Under the pieces are notes generated by a model. The model was not told the DNA's origin. It made no database searches and saw only the letters and a list, made by a program, of their open reading frames with translations. A program made the translations under genes and the position numbers. From NCBI GenBank assembly GCA_900763705.1, contig CAAFLG010000049.1:12424-76423 (forward strand): a stretch of DNA of 64,000 nucleotides, read 5' to 3'. The stretch is from an uncultured Oscillospiraceae bacterium (GTDB lineage Bacteria > Bacillota > Clostridia > Oscillospirales > Oscillospiraceae). Positions 9,515-19,653 of the stretch are shown in pieces (the stretch's first letter is position 1; the number at the start of each line of letters is the position of its first letter).

Positions 9515-9883
9515 ATGAAAATTCAAAAGGCATCTGAAGATTATCTCGAATCCATGCTGATGATGAAAGAGCAGCACGGCTATATCCGCTCGGTCGACGT
9601 GGCCGACCATCTGGGCGTGACGAAGCCCAGCGTCACCTACGCGACCAAGCGCCTGCGCGAAAACGGCTACATTGAGATGGACCGCGACGGACTCATCACG
9701 CTGACCGACCGCGGCATGGCCATCGCCGCCAAAATGCTCGACCGCCACCACACGCTGACAGAATTTCTCGTCGCGCTCGGCGTGGACAAAAAGACCGCCG
9801 AGGAGGACGCCTGCAAGATCGAGCACGACATCAGCCAGCAGACCTATGACGCGATCTGCGAGCACGCAAGGAAAACCACATAA
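9515..9883 (+). CDS. DtxR/MntR family metal-dependent repressor
   Basis: SEDYLESML, RSVDVADHLGVTKPSV, RHHTL, AEEDACKIEH. Confidence 0.93.
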   Translation: MKIQKASEDYLESMLMMKEQHGYIRSVDVADHLGVTKPSVTYATKRLRENGYIEMDRDGLITLTDRGMAIAAKMLDRHHTLTEFLVALGVDKKTAEEDACKIEHDISQQTYDAICEHARKTT

Positions 9884-9939
9884 ACGCCCCGGTCGGACTT
9901 TGCCGACCGGGGCTGGTTTTCCGTTTTGGAAGCGTTTTT

Positions 9940-10632
9940 TCACATATTGAAGCGTCTGCGCGCTTCCTCGCGGAGCGACGGGACGCGGCGCACGATGCGC
10001 AGCGGGATGATGAGGCCGATGCAGATGACGGCGACCACGAGCGACCACGACGGCTCCCATGCCTGAAGGAAATAGCGGTCCATGCAGTACTCCACGCCGA
10101 GGGCGAGCAGCCCCACCGCGCCGATGCACATGGCGAGGGTCGAAATGCGCGACCTTCTCCCGTCGCGCAGGAAAAAGCTCAGCAGGAACACCACGACGCA
10201 GGCCCAGAGCAGCATCGGCAGCGCAAGGCCGCGAAACCACCGGCTGCCGTGCAGTGCGACGGAGATGATCCAAACGTAAATGCCGACGGCGGCCACATCT
10301 GCCGTCAGGCGGAAGAAGATCGGGATGCCGCGCGCGAGCATCGGCAGCGCAAACCAGATCCACAGCATCACCGCCGCGCCCGCAACATAGAGCGACCAGG
10401 GGTGCGCGGTCGCGAGAATGAGATTCAGCAGCCCGCAGCAGAGCGATACCGAGGCGAGCATCGCCGTGAGCAGCAGCGCCGCCGCGCGCCGCGAGGCGGG
10501 CGGGACCTCGGCGGGCTTGGTTGGAAAATAGCGCAGGGCCGTTTCATCCGGCTTCCACGCGGGCGTGCCGCAGAGCGGGCAGCGCGATGCGTCGGGTGCA
10601 AGCTCCACGCCGCAGTTGACACAGTATGACAT
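9940..10632 (-). CDS. Zn-ribbon multi-TM membrane protein (DUF6320-like)
   Basis: YCVNCG..RCPLCG N-terminus, about 6 TM segments, ends ..RRRFNM. Confidence 0.7.
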   Translation of the reverse strand: MSYCVNCGVELAPDASRCPLCGTPAWKPDETALRYFPTKPAEVPPASRRAAALLLTAMLASVSLCCGLLNLILATAHPWSLYVAGAAVMLWIWFALPMLARGIPIFFRLTADVAAVGIYVWIISVALHGSRWFRGLALPMLLWACVVVFLLSFFLRDGRRSRISTLAMCIGAVGLLALGVEYCMDRYFLQAWEPSWSLVVAVICIGLIIPLRIVRRVPSLREEARRRFNM

Positions 10633-10653
10633 CAAATTCCTTCTTTCGATCGT

Positions 10654-11928
10654 TCAGCGGTTGCTCTCCACGCGCACGGGAATACCCGCGCGCACAAGAA
10701 AGCGGAAAAAGTCGCGCTCGGTGTCCGTCTCCGCCTGTGTGCCGGCGAAGGTGATCTCCATGGTGTCGCCGTAGCTGATGGACGCGCAGTGGCAGCGCGG
10801 CACCGTCGCCTGTCCGAGGATGACCTCCGCCCCGCGGATGTGCTCAGCCATCTCCGGCGGCACGGTAAAAGCTCCCGGATTGGTATAGGTGCAGGAATAG
10901 GGCCGCACGCCGTGCAGACGGTAGTTGAGCGCCATGACGGGATTTTTGAGCGCAACCGGCACAAGGCGCAGCGCAAAATTCTTTGTAAAGCGGACGTTTC
11001 CCGTAAACGCCGCCTGCAATTCCTGACGGTTGATGTGCAGCTTCATAAAATGGCGCACCTGCGAGACGATCTCGGGAAAGGTGTAGTCGCCGAGCGCGGG
11101 GTCGATATAGGGGCGCACCGTAGTAATAAAGTTTCGCAGCGTTTCCGACGGGAACCAGCCGCGCAGGTTGATGGGCACTGCCAGCGCCACGGGGCGCAGG
11201 CGGTAGGGTTTCTCGCGCTTCTGCTTTTCCAAAATGACGTAGATGAGTACGGCGGAGAGATACTCGGTGATGGACGCGCCGTACTTTTTCGCTTCCTCGC
11301 GCAGCTTTGAGAGCGGCACGAAGCCCATCGTCACATGGAAGGTATAGAACGGCTCGGGCGTGCCGGTATTCTGATAGGCCTTGGGCTGGCGGTGCAGGCC
11401 GAGGGCGTACTTTCCCGCGTAGCGGGCGTAGGCATCCTCCAATTCTTCCTCGCGCGGCGTTTCATCAAGGTCGAGCACGCCGTTCCCCGCCGGGATATCA
11501 AGCCCCGTCTGGCGCAGATACTCGGCAAGCAGCGTGCGGAAAAAGACGATCGCGCCGCCGCCGTCAGAGAGGGCATGGAAGACCTCGAGCGAGATACGGC
11601 TGCGGTAATAGTAAAAGCGCACGAGCCAGCCGTTGTCCTCCTTGAAGCGCACGGGCTGGCAGGGATCGGACACATCCTCTTTCAAATAAGGGCCCGGCGC
11701 GGTGTTCGGCTCAAGATAGTACCAGAACGCACCTTTGCGGATGCGCACGGCAAAGCTCGGAAAGCGCGGCATACAGCGGTCGATGGCGCGCTGGAGCGCG
11801 GCGGGGTCGACGTCCTTTTCCATCAGGGCGGAAAAGCGGTAGATGGCGGAGTATTCCTCCTTTTGCAGCGCGGAATATAAAATGCCCGCGTTGTCGAGCC
11901 GGTACCATTTGCTGTTCGGCCTTGCCAT
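10654..11928 (-). CDS. Alcohol acetyltransferase/condensation-fold acyltransferase
   Basis: WYRLDNAG N-terminus, FHALSDGGG (HxxxDG), VPINLRGWFPSETLRNF; GAGG RBS. Confidence 0.8.
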   Translation of the reverse strand: MARPNSKWYRLDNAGILYSALQKEEYSAIYRFSALMEKDVDPAALQRAIDRCMPRFPSFAVRIRKGAFWYYLEPNTAPGPYLKEDVSDPCQPVRFKEDNGWLVRFYYYRSRISLEVFHALSDGGGAIVFFRTLLAEYLRQTGLDIPAGNGVLDLDETPREEELEDAYARYAGKYALGLHRQPKAYQNTGTPEPFYTFHVTMGFVPLSKLREEAKKYGASITEYLSAVLIYVILEKQKREKPYRLRPVALAVPINLRGWFPSETLRNFITTVRPYIDPALGDYTFPEIVSQVRHFMKLHINRQELQAAFTGNVRFTKNFALRLVPVALKNPVMALNYRLHGVRPYSCTYTNPGAFTVPPEMAEHIRGAEVILGQATVPRCHCASISYGDTMEITFAGTQAETDTERDFFRFLVRAGIPVRVESNR

Positions 11929-12080
11929 TGCCTCACCCCTCTCCTTGCAGTTGCTCATTTGCACCGTATTGTAGCACAAAGCGCCGCGTGCGGCAAGGAA
12001 GACGATGATTTTCCTTTTCTTTTTTACAAAAATATGATACGCTGAAGCAAAACTGGAATTCTGCATCGCAGGAGGCGCCT

Positions 12081-13022
12081 ATGGAATCGAAGCTGCACAT
12101 CATCCGAAAAAAGAAAAGCGAGGCGGAGCGCGCGCGCCTCGACCCGCTGATGCGTGCGCTCAAGGCGCTGCACAGCGCCGGTGCGCCAGAAAGCATGACC
12201 GCCGAAGAGCTTGAGCATCAGCGCCGCAGTCAGGAGGTCCTCGGCAAGCTGACTGCGCCGATGACGGGCATGGATTACGAGGAATTTGCCCTCTCGGGCA
12301 TGAGCGCGGCGTGGACGCGGCTCAAGGCCCCCCACGGCAGCCGCCATGCGATTTTATACTGCCACGGCGGCGGCTACACGAGCGGCAACCTCGGCTATTC
12401 GCGCGTACTGTCGTCCAAGCTCGCGCATGCGACGGGCTACGATGTGCTGAGCTTTGAATACCGCCTCGCGCCCGAGTTTCCCTATCCTGCCGCCGTTGAG
12501 GACGCGCTGCGCGCGTGGGACTATCTGATGCTCCAGGGCTACGGCGCGCACGATATCGTCCTCGCGGGTGACAGTGCGGGCGGCAACCTTGCTCTCGTGC
12601 TCTGCAGCCGCCTCAAGGCGGCGGGCCGCAAGCTCCCCGGCGCGCTCATCCTGATGTCCCCGTGGACGGACATGACGATGTCGGGCAAATCGTACACAGA
12701 GCGCGCGGAGATCGACCCGATGCTCACGCCCGAGTACATCGAGGCCGTGCGCCTCGCCTACGCCGCGGGGCGGGACTACCGTTCGAGCGACCTATCGCCG
12801 CTCTTCGCCGACTTCGCAGGCTACCCGCCGACGCTCATCCAGGTCGGCGATCACGAGATCCTGTATTCGGATTCGGAGCAGCTCTATCAGGCGATGAAGC
12901 GCGCCAACATCTCCTGCCGCCTGCAGGTCAGCGAGGGGATGTGGCACGTATTCCAGATGTTCCCGATGCGAAAGGCGGCGGCCGCGATAGAAAATGTCGC
13001 GCGTTTCCTGCTGGAACAGTAA
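12081..13022 (+). CDS. Alpha/beta hydrolase, HSL-family esterase
   Basis: HGGGY, YRLAPE, GDSAGG, MWHVF. Confidence 0.93.
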   Translation: MESKLHIIRKKKSEAERARLDPLMRALKALHSAGAPESMTAEELEHQRRSQEVLGKLTAPMTGMDYEEFALSGMSAAWTRLKAPHGSRHAILYCHGGGYTSGNLGYSRVLSSKLAHATGYDVLSFEYRLAPEFPYPAAVEDALRAWDYLMLQGYGAHDIVLAGDSAGGNLALVLCSRLKAAGRKLPGALILMSPWTDMTMSGKSYTERAEIDPMLTPEYIEAVRLAYAAGRDYRSSDLSPLFADFAGYPPTLIQVGDHEILYSDSEQLYQAMKRANISCRLQVSEGMWHVFQMFPMRKAAAAIENVARFLLEQ

Positions 13023-13133
13023 AAAATCATTGACAGGATGGGCGTCCTTTTTGAAAAGGGACGCCCATCCTGCGCGCAGGAAAACGCCTTCTCCTTCGGT
13101 TGGAAAAAAATGCAGGTTTTTTTGAAAAAACTC

Positions 13134-13161
13134 TTGACAAGAGGCCGCCGCGTGCTATAAT
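13134..13161 (+). promoter_or_regulatory. SigmaA promoter of the T-box leader
   Basis: TTGACA-16-TATAAT with TGn extension. Confidence 0.8.
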
Positions 13162-13184
13162 TCAGCCAACAAGTAAAAAGCTTC

Positions 13185-13460
13185 AAACCTATGAGGAAGA
13201 GAAGTAGCCGATGCTGGCAAGCGCAAAGAGAGTCCCGGGTGGTGTGATCGGGGCGGCGGACGGTCGGTGAATGGACTTCGGAGGGCGGATCGAACGGCGA
13301 GAGCCAAGTAGAGACCGACGGGTATCCCACCCGTTATCCATCGGGGCGCGTATGATGGTGCGCGTAAGCGAGCGGGCGTTTTCTAAAGCGTCAATTTGGG
13401 TGGTATCGCAGAAGTTGGATGACTTTTGTCCCATGTAGATGGGATGAAGGTCTTTTTTCT
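13185..13460 (+). ncRNA. T-box riboswitch, probable Trp (UGG) specifier
   Basis: GAAGTAG S-turn, AGAGA and GGTG(T)GA stem I motifs, GAATGGACTTC specifier (TGG 13272-13274), CCGTTATC, T-box AATTTGGGTGGTATCGC (13393-13409), terminator 13421-13460. Confidence 0.9.
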
Positions 13461-13534
13461 TTTTATTCCTCCTGTTCCGGCAAAACGGGATCTCATCTGC
13501 CACTCAAAATCAAATCAATTTGGAGGAAAGCAAA

Positions 13535-14563
13535 ATGAAAAACAACATGGTAAAGAAGTTCCTGACCCTGGCCCTCGCCGGTGCGATGACCCTGTCTCTC
13601 GCCGCGTGCGGCAGCAAGACGGACAATGGCGGCAGCGATGCCCAGCAGGAATCCGAGAACGGCAAGACCTACAAGGTTGCCATCATCAAGCAGCTTGACC
13701 ACGCTTCCCTCGACGAGATCGCGAACGCCGTGGCCGCCGAGCTCGACAAGATCGCAGCCGACAATGGCGTGACCATCGAGTACGACATCACCTCGGGCCA
13801 GAACGACCAGACCATCTTAAAGCAACTCTCCGATCAGGCGATCGCCGATCAGGTCGACGCCATCATCCCCATCGCAACGACCGCCGCGCAGATCGCCGCC
13901 CTCTCCGCCGAGGACAGCAAGACCCCCGTTGTCTACGCCGCCGTCTCCGATCCCGAGGCCGCAAGCCTGACAGGCATCGACTATGTGACCGGCACGAGCG
14001 ACGCGCTGAACACCGGCTTCATCATGGACATGCTGTTCGCCCAGAATCCTGACGCCGCGAAGATCGGCCTGCTCTACTCCCTCTCCGAGCCCAACTCCAC
14101 CAAGCCCATCGCCGACGCGAAGGCCTATCTCGACGCCAAGGGCATCGCGTACGTTGAGCAGACCGCGAACACGAACGACGAAGTCGTCGCTGCCGCTTCC
14201 GCGCTGATCGCCGACGGTGTGGACGCCGTCTTCACCCCGACCGACAATGTCATCATGGCCGCCGAGCTCGCCATCTACGAGGACCTCGCCAAGGCCGGCA
14301 TCCCCCACTACACCGGTGCCGACTCCTTCGTTCGCAACGGCGCTTACGCCACCTGCGGTGTGAACTACACCGACCTCGGCGCCAAGACCGCCGACCTCGC
14401 CTACTCCGCCATCACCGACGGCATGGACGCCATGGAAGACTACTACCTGATCGACGGCGGCATCATCACCGTCAACACCGATACTGCCGCCGCGATGAGC
14501 CTTGACTACTCCTGCTTTGACAGCATGGGCACCGTCGTTGAGGTCACGACCAGCAAGGACTGA
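13535..14563 (+). CDS. ABC transporter substrate-binding lipoprotein (TrpX-like, aromatic amino acid)
   Basis: LAAC lipobox; HASLD, AAVSDP, VTGTSD, PTDN motifs; downstream of Trp T-box. Confidence 0.88.
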   Translation: MKNNMVKKFLTLALAGAMTLSLAACGSKTDNGGSDAQQESENGKTYKVAIIKQLDHASLDEIANAVAAELDKIAADNGVTIEYDITSGQNDQTILKQLSDQAIADQVDAIIPIATTAAQIAALSAEDSKTPVVYAAVSDPEAASLTGIDYVTGTSDALNTGFIMDMLFAQNPDAAKIGLLYSLSEPNSTKPIADAKAYLDAKGIAYVEQTANTNDEVVAAASALIADGVDAVFTPTDNVIMAAELAIYEDLAKAGIPHYTGADSFVRNGAYATCGVNYTDLGAKTADLAYSAITDGMDAMEDYYLIDGGIITVNTDTAAAMSLDYSCFDSMGTVVEVTTSKD

Positions 14564-14637
14564 TCCTCATTCCCAACAATGTACTGCCGTCCCCAGGCTT
14601 TTCGCCGGGGGCATCGGCCTGAAAGGAGACTTTCCCC

Positions 14638-15546
14638 ATGCTCATCATCACGCAGACCGCCCTTGAGCTGGGCTTCCTCTACGCCCTGGTCGCAATGGCG
14701 CTGTTTTTAAGCTACCGCATCCTCGACATCGCCGATCTGACGACCGACGGCTGCTTTGTCCTCGGCGCGGCCGTATCCGTCACGGTGACCGCCGCGGGAC
14801 ACCCCATCCTCGCCATCTTCGCCGCGATGCTCGCCGGCGCGTGCGCGGGCTTTGTCACCGCGTTTTTACAGACGAAGCTCGGCGTGCCGTCCATCCTCGC
14901 CGGTATCGTCACGAACACCGGCCTCTATACCGTGAATCTCATGGCCATGGGCTGGAAATCCAACCAGAGCCTGCTCGGCGGCAAGACCGTCTTCACGATG
15001 CTGCGCGAGACCGGCATCGGCGGCGAGTGGTACGAGCTGCTGCTCGCAGCGTTTGTCACGCTTCTGGCCGGTCTTCTGCTGGTGCTGTTTCTCGGCACGC
15101 GCATGGGTCTTTCCATCCGCGCCACGGGCGATAACCCCGACATGGTGCGTGCCTCATCCTTGAATCCTTCCTTCACCGTCACGGTGGGGCTGTGCCTTGC
15201 CAACGTCCTCACGGCGCTCTCCGGCGCGGTCGTCGGCCAGTATCAGAAGACCGTCGACATCAACTCCGGCACGGGCATCGTTGTCATCGGCCTTGCCTGC
15301 CTCATCATTGGCGAGACGCTGCTCGGGCGCAGAAGCGTCAAAAAGGGTGTCATCGCCGCCATCCTCGGCTCCATCGTCTACCGCTTCATTTACGCCATCG
15401 TCTTCTACACGAAGATCGTGCCCGTCGAGTGCCTCAAGCTCCTGACGGCGGTCATCGTGGCGCTGGCCATCGCCTCGCCGAGCATCCGGAAGTGGGCGGC
15501 GTTCCAGAAGCGCAAAATGACAGCCAAGCGGAAAGGAGGCGTGTAA
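14638..15546 (+). CDS. ABC transporter permease
   Basis: DLTTDG, RATGDN, multi-TM. Confidence 0.9.
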   Translation: MLIITQTALELGFLYALVAMALFLSYRILDIADLTTDGCFVLGAAVSVTVTAAGHPILAIFAAMLAGACAGFVTAFLQTKLGVPSILAGIVTNTGLYTVNLMAMGWKSNQSLLGGKTVFTMLRETGIGGEWYELLLAAFVTLLAGLLLVLFLGTRMGLSIRATGDNPDMVRASSLNPSFTVTVGLCLANVLTALSGAVVGQYQKTVDINSGTGIVVIGLACLIIGETLLGRRSVKKGVIAAILGSIVYRFIYAIVFYTKIVPVECLKLLTAVIVALAIASPSIRKWAAFQKRKMTAKRKGGV

Positions 15547-15547
15547 A

Positions 15548-16345
15548 ATGCTGGACATTCAGAGCATTTCCAAAACCTTTAACCCCGGCACCGTGAACGA
15601 AAAGAAGGCTCTTTCTTCTCTTTCGCTGCACTTAGACGAGGGCGACTTTGTCACGATCGTCGGCTCGAACGGCGCGGGCAAGTCGACGCTCTTCAACGCC
15701 ATCGCGGGCAGCTTTTATGTCGATGCGGGCAGCATTTCGCTTGCCGGCAAGGACATCACCTTCACTCCCGAGCATGAGCGCTCCCGCCGCATTGGGCGGC
15801 TCTTTCAGGACCCCCTGCGCGGCACCGCGCCGAACATGACGATCGAAGAAAACCTCGCGCTCGCGTACCTGCGCGCAGCGCACGGCAATCCCTTCAGCCG
15901 TATCAGCAAGAAGGACAAGGCTTTCTTCGCCGAGCAGCTCAAGCAGCTCGACATGGGCCTCGAAAGCCGCATGAAAAGCCCCGTGGGGCTGCTCTCCGGC
16001 GGCCAGCGTCAGGCGCTCACATTGCTGATGGCGACGATGGTGCCGCCGCAGTTGCTGCTCCTTGATGAGCACACCGCGGCGCTCGACCCCGCAACGGCGG
16101 AAAAGGTGCTTGCCCTCACCCGCCGCGTTGTGGCAGAGAGCCATATCACCTGCCTGATGGTCACGCACAACATGCATCAGGCGCTCGAACTCGGCAACCG
16201 CACGCTGATGATGTCGGACGGACACATCGTGCTTGATGTTTCCGGCAGCGAACGCGCGGGCATGGGAGTCGACGACCTCATCGCACGCTTCAAGGCGGGC
16301 GCGGGGCACGAACTCGACAACGATCGCATCCTTCTATCGGAATAA
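15548..16345 (+). CDS. ABC transporter ATP-binding protein
   Basis: GSNGAGKS, LSGGQRQ, LLDEHTAALDP. Confidence 0.95.
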   Translation: MLDIQSISKTFNPGTVNEKKALSSLSLHLDEGDFVTIVGSNGAGKSTLFNAIAGSFYVDAGSISLAGKDITFTPEHERSRRIGRLFQDPLRGTAPNMTIEENLALAYLRAAHGNPFSRISKKDKAFFAEQLKQLDMGLESRMKSPVGLLSGGQRQALTLLMATMVPPQLLLLDEHTAALDPATAEKVLALTRRVVAESHITCLMVTHNMHQALELGNRTLMMSDGHIVLDVSGSERAGMGVDDLIARFKAGAGHELDNDRILLSE

Positions 16346-16352
16346 ATCCAAA

Positions 16353-16392
16353 CCCTCCGCCTTTCCCCATGGAGCAAGGCGGAGGTTTTTTT
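16353..16392 (+). terminator. Intrinsic terminator
   Basis: CCTCCGCCTT..AAGGCGGAGG followed by T-run. Confidence 0.7.
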
Positions 16393-16479
16393 CACAAACA
16401 GGCGATTTTGTCCGCTTGAGGCGCGCTTTGATCCGTGCTATACTTTTGTTACAAAATCTGCATCAAAGGAGAAGCGCAC

Positions 16480-17220
16480 ATGGAGAGCATTTTTGAGCGG
16501 GAGATCATTGTGACGCCCGACTACTGCGACGCGTCCGGCGCGCTGTCGCCGTTGGCGGCATTTACAATCTTTCAGGGCATCGCCGCGCAGCACGCGGAGG
16601 CGCTCGGCATCGGCGGCAGGGCAATGGCGCAAAAGGGCAGATTCTGGCTCACCGTCCACACGCGCGTCGACCTTTTTGCGCGCGCAGAGATGATGGACTC
16701 TCTGACGGTGCGCACCTGGGCGGAAGCGTGCAGCGAGCGCGATGTGCGCACCTACCGCAGCTATACGCTCTCGCGCGGCGAGACGCTCATCGCCCGCGGC
16801 AAGACCGAGTGGGCGGTCCTGGGGCCGGATAAGCGGGTCATCCGCTTTTCTGACTACGGCTTTCCCGAGGACTATTCCTTCCAAGCGGAAAGCGCCATTC
16901 CCGATACTTTACAGCGCTTCCATGAAAAATTCACCGAGGATGACCTCTTCTCGCGCTACACCGTGCGCCCGACGGACATTGACCTCGGCCGCCACATGAA
17001 CAACGTCGCCTATGTGCGCCTGCTTCTCGACTGCTTTACGGCGCAGGAGCTTGCCAGCGGAAAGATCCGCTCGGTAGAGCTGCACTTTTCGACCTCCTGC
17101 TTTGAAGGTGAAGAGCTGACAGTCTATCGAAAACTGCACGATAACGGCACCTGCCGCATCGGTATCGTGAAAGCGGACGGCAAGACGGCCTCACAGGCCT
17201 GTGTAACGCTTGCAACATAA
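16480..17220 (+). CDS. Acyl-ACP thioesterase
   Basis: Double hot-dog size; VRPTDIDLGRHMNNVAY motif. Confidence 0.88.
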   Translation: MESIFEREIIVTPDYCDASGALSPLAAFTIFQGIAAQHAEALGIGGRAMAQKGRFWLTVHTRVDLFARAEMMDSLTVRTWAEACSERDVRTYRSYTLSRGETLIARGKTEWAVLGPDKRVIRFSDYGFPEDYSFQAESAIPDTLQRFHEKFTEDDLFSRYTVRPTDIDLGRHMNNVAYVRLLLDCFTAQELASGKIRSVELHFSTSCFEGEELTVYRKLHDNGTCRIGIVKADGKTASQACVTLAT

Positions 17221-17284
17221 AAAATCCCCCACGGACGGCGGCGCGTTCCCGCGCCGCCGCTCATGGGGGGGGATTTCATCTCCT

Positions 17285-17707
17285 TTACCGCTCAGTGCGC
17301 ATCATGTCCACCGCGCAGTCGGCAAGGAGGCGCTCTTCCGCGTCGCGGATGGCAACGTGCAGCACGACCATGTGCCGCCCGCGCCGCACGACGCTCGCAA
17401 GCGCGTAGACCGTGCCCTGCTTCGTGTTGCGCAGGAAGTTGACGTGCGCGCTTTGCGTCACATAGTCGTTCCCGTCGCAGCGCGCGGCAATGCCCGCCAC
17501 GCAGTCGGCAAGCCCATAGAGAAGCCCGCCGTGTACCGCGCCGTGCAGGTTCATCGACTCGTGCCGCAGCACCACGCGCACCTCCGCGCGGTAGTCGCCC
17601 TGTTCGTCTTGCTCGATGCGCGTGATCTCGATGTGATTGTACGCCATAAAGGGGTTGTTCGCAGCGTAAGCGCGAACATCCCCGATGGGCGGAAGAAACT
17701 GTTCCAT
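17285..17707 (-). CDS. PaaI family thioesterase
   Basis: NLHGAVHGGLLYGLAD motif; GGGAGG RBS. Confidence 0.9.
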   Translation of the reverse strand: MEQFLPPIGDVRAYAANNPFMAYNHIEITRIEQDEQGDYRAEVRVVLRHESMNLHGAVHGGLLYGLADCVAGIAARCDGNDYVTQSAHVNFLRNTKQGTVYALASVVRRGRHMVVLHVAIRDAEERLLADCAVDMMRTER

Positions 17708-17810
17708 TTTTTCCCTCCCGGAATTTTTCCTCATTATAGCGGCGCGGCGGCAAAAAAACAAGCGATCCCGCGCGGGAATTTTCACGCACGGGAATTTTCG
17801 CAAAAAGTCC

Positions 17811-17900
17811 TTGACTTTTCAGTTTTTACAATGTATACTAACACAGCCGCTTTGAATGGGCATAAAGTTTCGAAGGCTTTCGAGTCTTTTCGAACGCCCC
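17811..17900 (+). promoter_or_regulatory. rplU promoter and structured leader (L21-leader candidate)
   Basis: TTGACT-17-TATACT; GGGC...TTCGAAGGCT-TTCG-AGTCTTTTCGAA..GCCC hairpin. Confidence 0.5.
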
Positions 17901-17938
17901 CGACATCTAGTCCGTAATTAATGAAAGAGTTTCAAGCA

Positions 17939-18250
17939 ATGCAAGCGATCATCGTTACCGGCGGTAAGCAGTACGTGGTGAGCGAGGGCGACACCCTGTT
18001 CATCGAGAAGCTCCCCGTCGAGGCGGGCGACGCCGTTACCTTCGATCAGGTTTTGGCGATCGTTGACGGCGAAAACACCAAGTTCGGCACTCCCGTGGTG
18101 GAGGGCGCGAAGGTGGACGCAACTGTCGTTAAGAACGGCAAGGGCAAGAAGGTCCGCGTCTACAAGTACAAGGCCAAGAAGGGCTATCACAAGCGTCAGG
18201 GTCATCGTCAGCCTTATACCAAGGTTGAGATCGGCAAGATCTCCGTCTAA
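17939..18250 (+). CDS. rplU: 50S ribosomal protein L21
   Basis: [12 protein letters not shown]...GHRQPYT. Confidence 0.97.
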   Translation: MQAIIVTGGKQYVVSEGDTLFIEKLPVEAGDAVTFDQVLAIVDGENTKFGTPVVEGAKVDATVVKNGKGKKVRVYKYKAKKGYHKRQGHRQPYTKVEIGKISV

Positions 18251-18253
18251 GTC

Positions 18254-18583
18254 ATGACCACTGTTACTTTCCTCACCGAAGGAAAACGCATCATCGGTTT
18301 TGATGCCAAGGGCCACAGCGGTTACAGCGAAGAAGGCTCCGACATCGTCTGTGCGGCGATCACAAGCGCGGTTCGCCTTGTGGAAAGCACTGTGAACGAT
18401 GTTTTGGGTCTTGCCGCTTCCGTCAAGGTCCACGAACGCTCCGGCACTGTCGAGTTCCGGCTCCCCGGCGGTCTGTCCGCCGCGAATGAGAGCACCTGTC
18501 AGGCGCTTTTAACGGGCCTGATGCTGCTCTTTTCCGAGCTGCACAGTGAATATCCGGACAACATCGAAGTCATGGAGGCGTAA
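18254..18583 (+). CDS. prp: Ribosomal-processing cysteine protease Prp (YsxB)
   Basis: [15 protein letters not shown]; between rplU and rpmA. Confidence 0.93.
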   Translation: MTTVTFLTEGKRIIGFDAKGHSGYSEEGSDIVCAAITSAVRLVESTVNDVLGLAASVKVHERSGTVEFRLPGGLSAANESTCQALLTGLMLLFSELHSEYPDNIEVMEA

Positions 18584-18626
18584 GCCCCCTGTTCCGATCA
18601 TCTTACAGAAAGGATGGCAAATCACC

Positions 18627-18908
18627 ATGCTGAACATCGGTCTTCAGTTTTTCGCCCACAAGAAGGGCGGCGGCTCCACCAAGAACGGCCGTGACTCTAA
18701 CGCCAAGCGTCTTGGTCCCAAGCGCGCTGACGGTCAGTACGTTCTCGCCGGCAACATTCTTGTGCGCCAGCGCGGCACCCACATCCATCCGGGCGTGAAT
18801 GTCGGTATCGGCTCTGACGATACCCTCTACGCCAAGGAGAGCGGCGTGCTCCGTTTCGAGCGTCTCGGCAAGGATCGTAAGCAGGCTTCTGTTTACCCCG
18901 CTGAGTAA
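18627..18908 (+). CDS. rpmA: 50S ribosomal protein L27 with Prp-cleaved N-extension
   Basis: [24 protein letters not shown]. Confidence 0.98.
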   Translation: MLNIGLQFFAHKKGGGSTKNGRDSNAKRLGPKRADGQYVLAGNILVRQRGTHIHPGVNVGIGSDDTLYAKESGVLRFERLGKDRKQASVYPAE

Positions 18909-18920
18909 TTGCACAACGAT

Positions 18921-18953
18921 GATCCCCGAGCGAAGGCTCGGGGATCTTTTTTT
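18921..18953 (+). terminator. Intrinsic terminator after rpmA
   Basis: GATCCCCGAGC-gaag-GCTCGGGGATC then T-run. Confidence 0.85.
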
Positions 18954-18974
18954 ACCGCTGTAGGAGGTTCTCCC

Positions 18975-19652
18975 ATGCTCAAAGCAATCCTCATGGACAT
19001 TGACGATACCCTGCTCGACTTCGGCAAATGCGCCGAGCAGGCCATGCGCATCGGCTTTGCCGAGCGCGGCTTTCCCTTTGACGATTCCACCTATGCGGTG
19101 TTCACGCGCATCAACGATGTGCTCTGGCAGCAGATCGAGCGCGGCGAGCTCACCACGCAGCAGCTTTTTGAGTTTCGCTGGAACCGCATCTTCGAGGCCC
19201 TCGGCATCCAGGCCGACGGCGCCGCGTTTGAAAAGCGGTTTTTGGACCTCCTCTACGAGACGGCCATCCCAGTCGACGGCGCGGACGAGATCTGCCGCTA
19301 CCTCAAGGAAAAATATATCCTCTGCGCGGCGAGCAACGCCTTCCACGACCAGCAGCTCAACCGACTTGAAATGGCGGGACTTCTCCCCTATTTTGACCAT
19401 GTGTTCGTTTCAGAGTCACTCGGCTACCGCAAGCCCGAAAAGGCGTTTTTCGACACCTGCCGCGCTCCGCTCCCCGGCGTTGCCGCCGAGGAATGCGTGA
19501 TGATCGGCGACTCGCTGACCGCCGACATCGCCGGCGGCAAAAACGCGGGCATGAAAACGATCTGGTACAACCACGCACACCGCCCCGTTCCGGAGCATTG
19601 CGCAGCCGACCAGATCGTCGATTCGCTCTCTCAAATTAAAGATATTCTCTGA
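18975..19652 (+). CDS. YjjG-like HAD nucleotidase
   Basis: DIDDTLLDF, RKPEKAFF, IGDSLTADI. Confidence 0.9.
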   Translation: MLKAILMDIDDTLLDFGKCAEQAMRIGFAERGFPFDDSTYAVFTRINDVLWQQIERGELTTQQLFEFRWNRIFEALGIQADGAAFEKRFLDLLYETAIPVDGADEICRYLKEKYILCAASNAFHDQQLNRLEMAGLLPYFDHVFVSESLGYRKPEKAFFDTCRAPLPGVAAEECVMIGDSLTADIAGGKNAGMKTIWYNHAHRPVPEHCAADQIVDSLSQIKDIL

Positions 19653-19653
19653 C

